From assembly GCA_037142555.1 (NCBI GenBank), contig JBAXAJ010000006.1, forward strand, positions 1 to 44,129: 44,129 nucleotides of DNA. Direction: 5' to 3'. The translations under genes and the position numbers were made by a program. Below, one piece after another: positions 9,005 through 17,556 of this stretch (positions within the stretch are counted from its first letter, which is position 1; each line of letters opens with the position of its first letter). This DNA comes from Candidatus Shapirobacteria bacterium. GTDB lineage: Bacteria; Patescibacteriota; Microgenomatia; UBA12405. The notes under the pieces were generated by a model. It was given only the letters and a program-made list of their open reading frames with translations, was not told the origin of the DNA and ran no database searches.

Positions 9005-9856
9005 ATGCCAGAACTTCCAGAAGTCGAAGTTGTCCGTCTGTTTTTAGAGGCCAACTTAATCGGCAAAACTATTTCTAATATTGATATTCTTAGCCCAAAA
9101 AGTTTTATTGGTCTTCCTGAGCAAGCCGTTGGGGAAAAAATAGTTAAATTCACCAGAATTGGTAAACAACTTTCTTTACATTTAAAAAACAAACTAATTC
9201 TCCTTTTCCATCTCAAAATGTCTGGCCAAGTTATTTTTGGTTCTTCTGTTCTAGGCCACCCTACTCCAAAAGAGGATAAATCTGTTTTGCCAAATAAATC
9301 GACTCGTTTATTTTTCACTTTTTCTGATTCTTCTAAGCTATTTTTTAATGATCAGCGTAAATTTGGCTGGGTAAAATTATTAAATCAATCTGAACTTATT
9401 AAATTTCAACAAAATTTAGGCATCGACATCTTGAGCCCTAATTTCACTCAAAAATACTTTCAAGATCAAATCAAGACAACTTCTCGTCCCATAAAATCAG
9501 TTCTATTAGATCAAGATAAGTTTGCTGGAATTGGCAACATCTATGCCAACGATGCTCTTTTTCTAGCCAAAATTCATCCAATCACTCCATCAAACAAAAT
9601 CACTCCTAAAAAAGCCAATCTACTCCACAAATTTCTCATAAAAATTATGCTCGAATCTATCAAAAATGGTGGATCCACCGCCAAAGATAATAAATATATT
9701 CGACCTGATGGTTCAAGTGGTCTCCACCAATTTTCTTTCCAAGTCTACCAACGTCATGGCCAACCTTGTCTAAGTTGCCAAAGTCCAATAGAAAGAGTTA
9801 AACTAGGTGGCAGAGGCACTTTTTTCTGTCCCAAGTGTCAAAAAATTATTAATTAA
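9005..9856 (+). CDS. mutM: Formamidopyrimidine-DNA glycosylase
   Basis: MPELPEVE N-terminus (start at 9005), HLKMSG, GIGNIYA (H2TH), C-terminal CxxC...CxxCQ zinc finger. Confidence 0.97.
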   Translation: MPELPEVEVVRLFLEANLIGKTISNIDILSPKSFIGLPEQAVGEKIVKFTRIGKQLSLHLKNKLILLFHLKMSGQVIFGSSVLGHPTPKEDKSVLPNKSTRLFFTFSDSSKLFFNDQRKFGWVKLLNQSELIKFQQNLGIDILSPNFTQKYFQDQIKTTSRPIKSVLLDQDKFAGIGNIYANDALFLAKIHPITPSNKITPKKANLLHKFLIKIMLESIKNGGSTAKDNKYIRPDGSSGLHQFSFQVYQRHGQPCLSCQSPIERVKLGGRGTFFCPKCQKIIN

Positions 9857-9862
9857 CTTTTT

Positions 9863-10378
9863 ATGAAATCAAAAATAATTATTTCGTTTTTAATATTAGC
9901 TTTAATATCTTTTTCAAAACCAGTTTTTGCTAAAGATGCCACTCCAAGTTCAAAAGGAGTTATTAATCAGATAAAACAAGAAATTAAAAATGACAAACAA
10001 GAAATTAAAATTGAAAAGAAAGAAATTAAACAAGAAATAAAAAGCAAGAAAGCACAAGCTATTTTTAATGTCGTTAAAATGGGTCTAAACAAAAGACACC
10101 AAGCTCTATTAAAAATTAAAGCCAAATTAGAAGCCAGAATGGCTAAAAACCCAATGAATAAAGATCTAGCTAAGGCTAAGATTGAACTAGCTAATTTTGA
10201 TGCTGCCGAAGCTAAATACCAAGCCGACCTAAAAGCTCTTGATACAAAATCAAATAAAGAGGTGAGAGGAAGTGTCAACCTATTAAGACAAGATTTAAAT
10301 AATATTAAAAAAGTTTTAAGGAACACTACTGTTGCTCTAGCTCAAGCACCAAAATTAGAAGTTACAAAAACTCAATAA
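9863..10378 (+). CDS. Secreted Lys-rich coiled-coil hypothetical protein
   Basis: Signal peptide ending VFA; QEIK repeats. Confidence 0.7.
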   Translation: MKSKIIISFLILALISFSKPVFAKDATPSSKGVINQIKQEIKNDKQEIKIEKKEIKQEIKSKKAQAIFNVVKMGLNKRHQALLKIKAKLEARMAKNPMNKDLAKAKIELANFDAAEAKYQADLKALDTKSNKEVRGSVNLLRQDLNNIKKVLRNTTVALAQAPKLEVTKTQ

Positions 10379-10380
10379 CT

Positions 10381-10644
10381 ATGAAAAATAAATTTTTAAT
10401 TTTTTCTTTTTTAATCGTTTCTGCTCTGGTTTTTTCTGGTTGTACCCTTAAGGATCAAGCTGAATCAAAGGTACTTAATAAAATTAATAACAAAGTTGAT
10501 CAAAAAATTGAAGAAAATTCAAAAGATGTAGTTAATAAAGAAACTGGTGATGACAGTGAAGCTGAAATTTTAAAACAAATCGATGCTGACACCGACACTG
10601 GTTTTGAAGCTGAACTCAAAAGTTTAGACACGGAAGCTAACTAA
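10381..10644 (+). CDS. Small lipoprotein
   Basis: Lipobox FSGC after a hydrophobic signal. Confidence 0.75.
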   Translation: MKNKFLIFSFLIVSALVFSGCTLKDQAESKVLNKINNKVDQKIEENSKDVVNKETGDDSEAEILKQIDADTDTGFEAELKSLDTEAN

Positions 10645-11255
10645 TGATTAAAGTTTTCGTTTTTGACATTGGTAATGTAGTTTGGGAATTCAAACCACTC
10701 TATGATCGACTTTTCACCATTTGGGCCAGCCGTTTGAACAAAACTTTTGTTGAGATGCGCCTAGATTTTGCAAAATCTTATCAAGACATAGAAATTGAAA
10801 AAATATCAATTGAAGATTGGCTCCTATCTTTAAATCCCAATATTGACATAAAACTTTTCTTGTCTGACCTTGAAACTGTTTTTTCTGATGAAAAAACTTT
10901 CACTTCTTATTTTTTTCCAGAAACTATTAAGCTTTTATTAAAGCTAAAATCTCAAAATATTCCTTTAATCTGTTTATCTAACACCGAAGCTCTTATTTAT
11001 CCTTATTTCAAAAAATTTATAATCGACCCTTATTTTGATCATTCAATTCTTTCTTGGCAAGTTGGAATTCGCAAACCAGAACTTGGAATCTATCAAAAAA
11101 TATTTGATTTCGTTCAAGTTCAACCAAATGAAGTTATTTTTATTGATGATAAGCCGGAAAATGTGGCTGCTGCCAAGTCTCTTGGCATAAATGCTCTGCT
11201 TTTTGAAAATAATCAAAAGCTTCTTCAAGATATTGACACCTACCAAAATTCTTAA
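10644..11255 (+). CDS. HAD-family phosphatase (YihX-like)
   Basis: FDIGNV, LSNT, RKP, FIDD..ENV motifs. Confidence 0.9.
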   Translation: MIKVFVFDIGNVVWEFKPLYDRLFTIWASRLNKTFVEMRLDFAKSYQDIEIEKISIEDWLLSLNPNIDIKLFLSDLETVFSDEKTFTSYFFPETIKLLLKLKSQNIPLICLSNTEALIYPYFKKFIIDPYFDHSILSWQVGIRKPELGIYQKIFDFVQVQPNEVIFIDDKPENVAAAKSLGINALLFENNQKLLQDIDTYQNS

Positions 11256-11261
11256 TATAAT
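11233..11261 (+). promoter_or_regulatory. Consensus sigma70 promoter of the Fe-S operon
   Basis: TTGACA (11233-38), 17 nt, TATAAT (11256-61). Confidence 0.85.
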
Positions 11262-11262
11262 A

Positions 11263-11287
11263 AATTCGGACAACATTAGTCCGAATT
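11263..11287. promoter_or_regulatory. 9-7-9 inverted repeat, probable Rrf2 operator
   Basis: AATTCGGAC-aacatta-GTCCGAATT between the -10 box and ATG 11291. Confidence 0.75.
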
Positions 11288-11290
11288 AAT

Positions 11291-12817
11291 ATGTATATAT
11301 CTACTAAATCACGATATGGTCTTCGCGCTCTGTCCAATTTACTTGGTCAAGATTGTTGTTCTGTCAAAAAAATTGCTCAAAAAGAGCATCTTTCTCCAGA
11401 TTATCTAGAAAAAATTTTTTCTCGTCTCAAAAAAGCCGGAATTCTAAAAGTTGTCAGAGGTGCCAATGGTGGTTATGTCTTGAATAATGAAGCTAAAAAC
11501 ATCACTCTTAAACAAGTAATCGATGCTCTTGAAAAGGCCGAATTCTCTTGTCCTAATTTTTGTGCCTGCAACAGCAAATCTGTTTGGCAAAAAATTCAAG
11601 CTGGTTTTAATCAAGTTCTAGAATCATTAAGCTTGGCTGATCTAGATGAAAATGAAGAAAAAGAGATTTATCTTGATTATGCAGCTTCAACTCCAATCGA
11701 CCCAGAAGTTTTAAAAACTATGTTGCCATATTTTTCTCAAAAATATTCAGGCAACACCATGTCTCTCCATTCTTTTGGTTCAAAATCATCTCAAATTGTT
11801 GAAACTTGTCGTCAAACTTTTGCCAAAATTTTAAATGTTTTACCAAAAGAAATAATTTTCACCGCTTCTGCCACTGAAAGTAATAATACTGTTTTAAAGG
11901 GAATTGCTTTTGCTAATCAAAAAAAAGGTAAACACATAATTATTTCTTCAATTGAACATGATTGTGTTCTAGAATCCGCCAATTGGTTGAAAACTCAAGG
12001 TTTTGAAATCAGTAAAATTTCAGTCGATAAATATGGTCTTTTAAATCTAGATGAACTCAAAAAAACTATTCGACCAGACACAATTTTAGTTTCTGTGATC
12101 CATGGGAATAATGAAATTGGCACTGTCCAAGATCTCGAAAGTATCGGTCAAATTTGTAAAGATAGAGGAGTTTATTTCCATACTGATGCTTCCCAAAGTT
12201 TCACTAAAGTTCCTCTTGATCTATCAAAATTAAACATTGATCTTTTGACTGCTTCTTCTCACAAAATTTATGGTCCAAAAGGCAGCGCTCTTCTCTATAT
12301 CAAAACTGGCACTAAAATCACTCCACTTCTTCATGGTGGTGGTCATGAGTTTGGTCTACGATCTTCAACTCTAAATCTCCCATCAATTGTTGCTTTCACT
12401 AAAGCCGCCGAAATTGCCACCGCTAATTTTAGTCAAGAAAATAAAGATTTAATCAAACTTCGAGATTATTTAATCAAAAACATTTTAAAATCTATTCCAG
12501 ATTCTTTTCTAAATGGTCATCCAACCAAACGTCTTTCAAATAATATAAATATTTCTTTTGCCAGAGTTGAAGGGGAATCTCTTCTTCTCGAACTCGATTT
12601 CTACAAGATCGCCGTTTCCACTGGTTCTGCTTGTTCTTCCTCTTCACTTGAACCTAGTCATGTTCTCCTAGCTACTGGTCTCAAACCAGAACAGGCTCAT
12701 GGTTCTCTTCGTTTCAGCATCGGTCGCTTCACTACAAAAACAGAAATAGATTATTTATTAAAAGTTTTACCTCAAGTTATTAATAAATTTAGGCAACTTT
12801 CGCCTTTCAAAAAATAA
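11291..12817 (+). CDS. iscS: Fusion of an Rrf2/IscR-like regulator (about aa 1-118) and an IscS/NifS cysteine desulfurase
   Basis: STKSRYGLRAL, YLEKIFSRLKKAG...RGANGGY, CPNFCAC; then YLDYAASTP, SSHKIYGPKG (PLP Lys), STGSACSS (catalytic Cys). Confidence 0.93.
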   Translation: MYISTKSRYGLRALSNLLGQDCCSVKKIAQKEHLSPDYLEKIFSRLKKAGILKVVRGANGGYVLNNEAKNITLKQVIDALEKAEFSCPNFCACNSKSVWQKIQAGFNQVLESLSLADLDENEEKEIYLDYAASTPIDPEVLKTMLPYFSQKYSGNTMSLHSFGSKSSQIVETCRQTFAKILNVLPKEIIFTASATESNNTVLKGIAFANQKKGKHIIISSIEHDCVLESANWLKTQGFEISKISVDKYGLLNLDELKKTIRPDTILVSVIHGNNEIGTVQDLESIGQICKDRGVYFHTDASQSFTKVPLDLSKLNIDLLTASSHKIYGPKGSALLYIKTGTKITPLLHGGGHEFGLRSSTLNLPSIVAFTKAAEIATANFSQENKDLIKLRDYLIKNILKSIPDSFLNGHPTKRLSNNINISFARVEGESLLLELDFYKIAVSTGSACSSSSLEPSHVLLATGLKPEQAHGSLRFSIGRFTTKTEIDYLLKVLPQVINKFRQLSPFKK

Positions 12818-12819
12818 TT

Positions 12820-13272
12820 ATGTACTCTCAAAAAGTTCTAGAACATTTCCGAACCCCCCATAATTTTGGTTCCATGGATAATCCAAGCACTATTGGTCAA
12901 GTTGGCAATTTAGCTTGTGGTGATGTCATGAAGCTCTATCTAAAAATTGCAAAAAATTCAAAAGGACAAGAATTCATTAAAGATATTAAGTTTGAAACTC
13001 TTGGTTGTGCCGCTGCCATTGCCACCAGCAGTGTTGTCACTGATCTGGCTAAAAATAAGACTCTAGAAGAAGCTATAGAAATCAAAAATGAAGATGTGGT
13101 TAAAGCTCTAGATGACTTGCCAACTATTAAAATTCATTGTTCACTCCTAGCTGTTGATGCTCTGGTTGAAGCTATCTATAACTATTATCAAAAAACAGGT
13201 CAAAAAATCTCTCCTGATTTTGAGAAAAAACATAATCGAATTATAACCTGTCAAAGTCGATTAAAACATTAA
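12820..13272 (+). CDS. iscU: Fe-S cluster scaffold IscU/NifU
   Basis: YSQKVLEHF, ACGDVM, GCAAAIA, KIHCS. Confidence 0.95.
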   Translation: MYSQKVLEHFRTPHNFGSMDNPSTIGQVGNLACGDVMKLYLKIAKNSKGQEFIKDIKFETLGCAAAIATSSVVTDLAKNKTLEEAIEIKNEDVVKALDDLPTIKIHCSLLAVDALVEAIYNYYQKTGQKISPDFEKKHNRIITCQSRLKH

Positions 13273-13296
13273 AAATTAAGGTAAAATATAAAAACT

Positions 13297-13752
13297 ATGT
13301 TCCTAGTTCAACCAATTTACGCTCAATGTCCAGTCTGCATCGTCACTGTTGGCGGTGGAATGTTTCTTGCTGAAAAGTTAGGAATCGATTCTCTTTTAAT
13401 TAATATTTGGATTGGTGGTTTTAATGCCGTCATCGGTTATTGGCTAGCTTCAAAATTCAAAAACAGAATTCTTAGAAACCCAATCATTTTATCTATAATT
13501 CTCTATGGCTTCACCCTATTTTATTTCTATCTAACCAAAGAAATAAATTTTAAAGACAGCATTCTAGGCATAGATAAAATCCTTCTAGGTGAAACTCTAG
13601 GTTTAGTCAGTGTTTTCATCGGCAACTTTTTAAATATCTATCTTAAAAAAAGAAATGGCGACAAAGTTTTCTTCCCGTATCAAAAAGTTGTCTTTCCTTT
13701 TTCTCTCTTAATAATCTTCACTATCTTATTCAAATTAATTTTTAAACTATAA
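13297..13752 (+). CDS. Membrane protein with an N-terminal CPVC motif
   Basis: AQCPVCIVTVGGG...GIDS, about four TM helices. Confidence 0.75.
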   Translation: MFLVQPIYAQCPVCIVTVGGGMFLAEKLGIDSLLINIWIGGFNAVIGYWLASKFKNRILRNPIILSIILYGFTLFYFYLTKEINFKDSILGIDKILLGETLGLVSVFIGNFLNIYLKKRNGDKVFFPYQKVVFPFSLLIIFTILFKLIFKL

Positions 13753-13754
13753 CT

Positions 13755-14270
13755 ATGACCAACGCAAAAGACCTTCAAAAATTTATTGATAAAGCTAAAA
13801 AAATCGAAAAAGGTCATAATCTAGACCTATCTTTAGGTGAAGATCTCTCAGTTGCCATCATGAATCTAATTGGGATTGAAGAACACATGTTTTTTACTTC
13901 TCAAAAACTTGGTGACACTAAATATCTTGATGTTCTAGATTCAGCCAGAGAAATGAGAAAAGAATTAATGAAAAAAATTGTTAAAGAAGGCCAAGGTGAA
14001 GTTTGGTGCACCAGCAAACATCTCTTATCAGCTTCAATGAGATTAATGGAAGTGGGGACTAAATGCATAACCAAAGGTGACAAGAAAGAAGCCAACGATT
14101 ATTTCAAAAAATCTTTTGATCTATACAACCTTTTTTGGGGTTTAAACCTAGGCATGGTCAAAGCCGACCCTCAAAAGGCTAAATTTGATGAAAAACCACT
14201 TCCTAAAAAAGATCTCTTTGGCTCAATAAGTCAGACTGTCGGAAAACTTCTCGATTGTTGTCGTGAATAG
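13755..14270 (+). CDS. Hypothetical helical protein with EEH, WCxxKH and a C-terminal DCCRE motif
   Basis: ORF 2 nt downstream of the previous gene; Cys/His motifs. Confidence 0.75.
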   Translation: MTNAKDLQKFIDKAKKIEKGHNLDLSLGEDLSVAIMNLIGIEEHMFFTSQKLGDTKYLDVLDSAREMRKELMKKIVKEGQGEVWCTSKHLLSASMRLMEVGTKCITKGDKKEANDYFKKSFDLYNLFWGLNLGMVKADPQKAKFDEKPLPKKDLFGSISQTVGKLLDCCRE

Positions 14271-14309
14271 CTAAAATTGGCTATACAACACCCGCTAGAA
14301 CCAACGTAA

Positions 14310-14957
14310 TTAAATTTTAGCAATCTCACTAAGTTTAACCATATCTTTAACCACGATTTTTCGGCCTTTATTATATAAAAAGCCTTCTTTTTGTAGTTTT
14401 AAAATTTGCAAAGTCACAGTTTCCCTTGTCAAACCAGTCATACTAGCTAAAATTCGGTGAGGAGTTTTAAAATCAACCACAGTTTCACCATCTTTTAATT
14501 CTCCAAATTTCTCTAAATGGCTACAAATCAAGGATGCGACTTTAGTGTAAGCATCACCAAAGATTAATTTTTGTAGATTATTAGTTAAATCAAGAAAATC
14601 AGCCAAAACCGATTGTACTAAATTCTTATAAAGATCATCATCTTGCTTAACAAAGTCAATAAATTCTTTTTCTGGAGTCATCCAAACTTCCATTGGGCTG
14701 ATAGCTTGAACAAAATATTTGTTTTCTTTATTTAACAAAACATTAGTTAAAGATATTAAAAATAAAGCTTTTAAAATTGGCAAAGTAACTTCTTTTCCAT
14801 CTTTAGTGACACTGTAGACTCGGACATAACCACTTTTTTCGAATAAAACATTAGAAATCTTTTCACCTGGCTTCAAAATAATTTGCCCTTTCTTAATTTT
14901 TACAGCCTTATTTTTTTCAAAAAATCCAACTAGTTGTTTTTTAGTTTTTTCGTTCAT
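14310..14957 (-). CDS. CRP/FNR family transcriptional regulator
   Basis: cNMP-binding barrel (SGYVRVYSVTKDGKE) and HTH LASMTGLTRETVT. Confidence 0.92.
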   Translation of the reverse strand: MNEKTKKQLVGFFEKNKAVKIKKGQIILKPGEKISNVLFEKSGYVRVYSVTKDGKEVTLPILKALFLISLTNVLLNKENKYFVQAISPMEVWMTPEKEFIDFVKQDDDLYKNLVQSVLADFLDLTNNLQKLIFGDAYTKVASLICSHLEKFGELKDGETVVDFKTPHRILASMTGLTRETVTLQILKLQKEGFLYNKGRKIVVKDMVKLSEIAKI

Positions 14958-15014
14958 TTTTAGTTTTCTATTTAATGTTAAAAATTATTTGTATGAGAAC
15001 AAACAATTATAACA

Positions 15015-15030
15015 TTCTACCTAGGTAGAA
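15015..15030. promoter_or_regulatory. Perfect 16-bp palindrome in the CRP-family gene promoter
   Basis: TTCTACCTAGGTAGAA directly upstream of minus-strand TGTTATAAT (15006-15014). Confidence 0.5.
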
Positions 15031-15064
15031 AACTAGCTATCTGAAACGAATTGTTCATTATTCC

Positions 15065-15724
15065 CTAAATTCTATATCCATATCCATAAACAGATTTAAT
15101 ATATTCGTCATTAGTGATTAATTTTAATTTCTTTCTTAGTCTTCTTATGTGAACATCAATCGTGTTTGAATTATAGTAACCATCAACTCCCCAAACATGC
15201 TCATATAATTCTTCTCTTGGGACTAATTTACCTCGATTAACCGCCAAATATTTTAAAAGCATATATTCTTGCCTAGGCAATTTAATAATTTGGTTATGAT
15301 AAGTCACATATTGGTCATCCAATTTAATCAAAAGTTTCCCAACGGACAAATTTCCAAGTGTTTTATTGTTATTTCGTCTCAACAAAGCCCTGATTCTAGC
15401 TTCAAGTTCATCAAGAGAAAATGGTTTTATTAAACAATCATCAGCTCCAGCGTCCAAAGCCTCAATAACAATTTCTTTCTTTTGATTATTAACAAAAAAC
15501 AATATTGGCACTTTAATGTCCATTTCTCTAATTTTTTCACAAATTTTTGTCTCATTTGTATTAGCTAAATAATGGCCAATAATCAATAAATCATATTCTT
15601 TACTTTCAATTTTCAAAATTCCGTCTCGACAAGTGTTAGCTATGTCCACATTGTAGTGAGACTTTAATTTTTCCCTAACAGCCAGAGATAATTCATGATT
15701 ATTTTCAATATATAAAATATTCAT
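15065..15724 (-). CDS. OmpR/PhoB-family response regulator with a degenerate receiver domain
   Basis: GADDCLIKPF, wHTH NTIDVHIRRLRKKL...VYGYGY; phospho-Asp position is Gly (DLLIIG). Confidence 0.9.
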   Translation of the reverse strand: MNILYIENNHELSLAVREKLKSHYNVDIANTCRDGILKIESKEYDLLIIGHYLANTNETKICEKIREMDIKVPILFFVNNQKKEIVIEALDAGADDCLIKPFSLDELEARIRALLRRNNNKTLGNLSVGKLLIKLDDQYVTYHNQIIKLPRQEYMLLKYLAVNRGKLVPREELYEHVWGVDGYYNSNTIDVHIRRLRKKLKLITNDEYIKSVYGYGYRI

Positions 15725-15793
15725 TTTATAAATATTACTCTTTTTATATCGACTAATAATGAACGAATTATGAATTTGTTATACTCATAACAT

Positions 15794-16468
15794 ATGAGTG
15801 AAAAACCTTCTCCTTTCCCTAATTTAAAAATAGATATAAGTGGCAATAATTTTGGTCACCCCGGCGCGTCAGAAATAATCATGGAAAAAGCTAATGAAAG
15901 CAGAGATAAAATGGACGAACTTCAAGAAAAAGCAAACATAGACAAATTGACCGGCCTTCCTAACCAAAACTATATTCTAGAAAAATTGTCAGAATATGAT
16001 TATCAAAAAGATGGTCCAATATGTGTTCTTTCCGTAGATGTTAACAATCTAAAAAAAACTAATGACCAGATTGGTCACCATATAGGCGACAAATTACTCC
16101 AAAATGTTGCCAAAATAATAAAAGGCAGTCTCAGACCAAAAGATGAATTTGCCAGACTTGGTGGTGATGAATTTTTAGGCTTACTACCTATTGATAAGGA
16201 TTATGTAGAAGCAGATGTAGTCAAAGCTATTTCAAAAAAAATCCGACAAGACCAAACTGAATTCAATAAAAAGTTAAATGATCAAGAAAAAGTTAATTTC
16301 GCAATTGGTCTCACTTTCACTGGCCCTGATAAGAATCTTACAGAGGCAATCAAAGAAGCTGACCAAAAAATGTATCAAAACAAGAATAAAATAAAAGATG
16401 AACAAGCTAAACAATCGCCTGAGCAACAATCTGTGCAACCCCTCCATCTAATGGAACAGGAAGGATAA
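15794..16468 (+). CDS. Diguanylate cyclase (GGDEF)
   Basis: DKLTGLPN, DVNNLKKTND..GH..GD, RPKD I-site, GGDEF, ADQKMY. Confidence 0.92.
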   Translation: MSEKPSPFPNLKIDISGNNFGHPGASEIIMEKANESRDKMDELQEKANIDKLTGLPNQNYILEKLSEYDYQKDGPICVLSVDVNNLKKTNDQIGHHIGDKLLQNVAKIIKGSLRPKDEFARLGGDEFLGLLPIDKDYVEADVVKAISKKIRQDQTEFNKKLNDQEKVNFAIGLTFTGPDKNLTEAIKEADQKMYQNKNKIKDEQAKQSPEQQSVQPLHLMEQEG

Positions 16469-17549
16469 AGTCAACACTCAATTCATTTTCTTTGACATAG
16501 CCAGCCAATGCTTTTGCGGCTGCTATTTTCATTTCATCAGTGATTTTGTGTACTTTATTGTCCAGTGCTCCTCTAAAAATTCCTGGAAAAGCCAAAACAT
16601 TATTGATTTGGTTAGGGTGGTCACTTCGTCCAGTCCCCACAATAAAAGCGCCAGCTTTTTTAGCCAAATCAGGATCAACTTCTGGAATTGGATTTGCCAT
16701 TGCAAAAATGATTGGCTTTTCTGACATTGTTCTAAGCATTTCTTCACTAACAACATTTGGTCCACTCACTCCAATAAAAACATTTTGTTCAACCATTGCT
16801 TTTGCCAAATCTCCACTCAAATTTTCTCGGTTAGTAATTTCTAAAAATTCTTTTTTCTCTTCATTCAAATCAGTTCTGTCTCTGCTAATTATTCCTTTGG
16901 AATCAACTACAATAATATTTCTAAAACCATAAAGGTGTAATAATTTTGTGATTGCTGTTCCGGCTGCTCCAGCTCCACAAACTACAATTTTACTTTCCTC
17001 AACACTTCGTTTGGCTAATTTTAAAGAATTAATCAATGCTGCCAAAACCACAACAGCTGTTCCATGTTGATCATCATGCATCACTGGGATATTCAAAAGT
17101 TCTTTTAATTTATTTTCAATATAAAAACATTTTGGAGCCGCAAAATCTTCTAAATTAATTCCTCCAAAACCAGGCGCAATATTTTTTACAATATTAATAA
17201 TCTCATCTGGATCTTGAGTTTCCAAAACAATTGGAAAAGCATCAATATTGGCAAATTCTTTAAACAACAAAGCTTTTCCTTCCATAACCGGCAAAGCTCC
17301 ATAAGGTCCAATATTTCCTAAACCTAAAACTGCTGATCCATCTGAAACCACCGCCACAGTATTGGCTTTAATTGAATATTCTGAAGCTAATTCTGGATGT
17401 TCTGCCAAAAGTTTTGAAACTGCTGCCACTCCTGGGGTGTAAGCCACACTCAAATCATCTTTATTTTCCAATTTTCCAAATTTACTCACAACTTCAATTT
17501 TCCCTTTAAATTCTTTATGTTTTTCCAGTGATTTTTGTGAGTAGTCCAT
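16407..17549 (-). CDS. NAD(P)-dependent malic enzyme
   Basis: AYTPGV, MEGKALLFK, INLED, HDDQHGT, GAGAAG, FAMANPIPE, NQINNVLAFPG. Confidence 0.95.
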   Translation of the reverse strand: MDYSQKSLEKHKEFKGKIEVVSKFGKLENKDDLSVAYTPGVAAVSKLLAEHPELASEYSIKANTVAVVSDGSAVLGLGNIGPYGALPVMEGKALLFKEFANIDAFPIVLETQDPDEIINIVKNIAPGFGGINLEDFAAPKCFYIENKLKELLNIPVMHDDQHGTAVVVLAALINSLKLAKRSVEESKIVVCGAGAAGTAITKLLHLYGFRNIIVVDSKGIISRDRTDLNEEKKEFLEITNRENLSGDLAKAMVEQNVFIGVSGPNVVSEEMLRTMSEKPIIFAMANPIPEVDPDLAKKAGAFIVGTGRSDHPNQINNVLAFPGIFRGALDNKVHKITDEMKIAAAKALAGYVKENELSVDFILPVPLDGGVAQIVAQAIV

Positions 17550-17556
17550 TAAGTTA

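Noticed and set aside
9970-10040. CAAGAAATTAAA-like repeats
   Set aside because: Explained by protein-level QEIK coiled-coil repeats; irregular spacing, not CRISPR.
16407-16468. 62-bp convergent overlap of the GGDEF and malic enzyme genes
   Set aside because: The overlapping tail lies beyond the GGDEF domain, and short convergent overlaps recur in this compact window.
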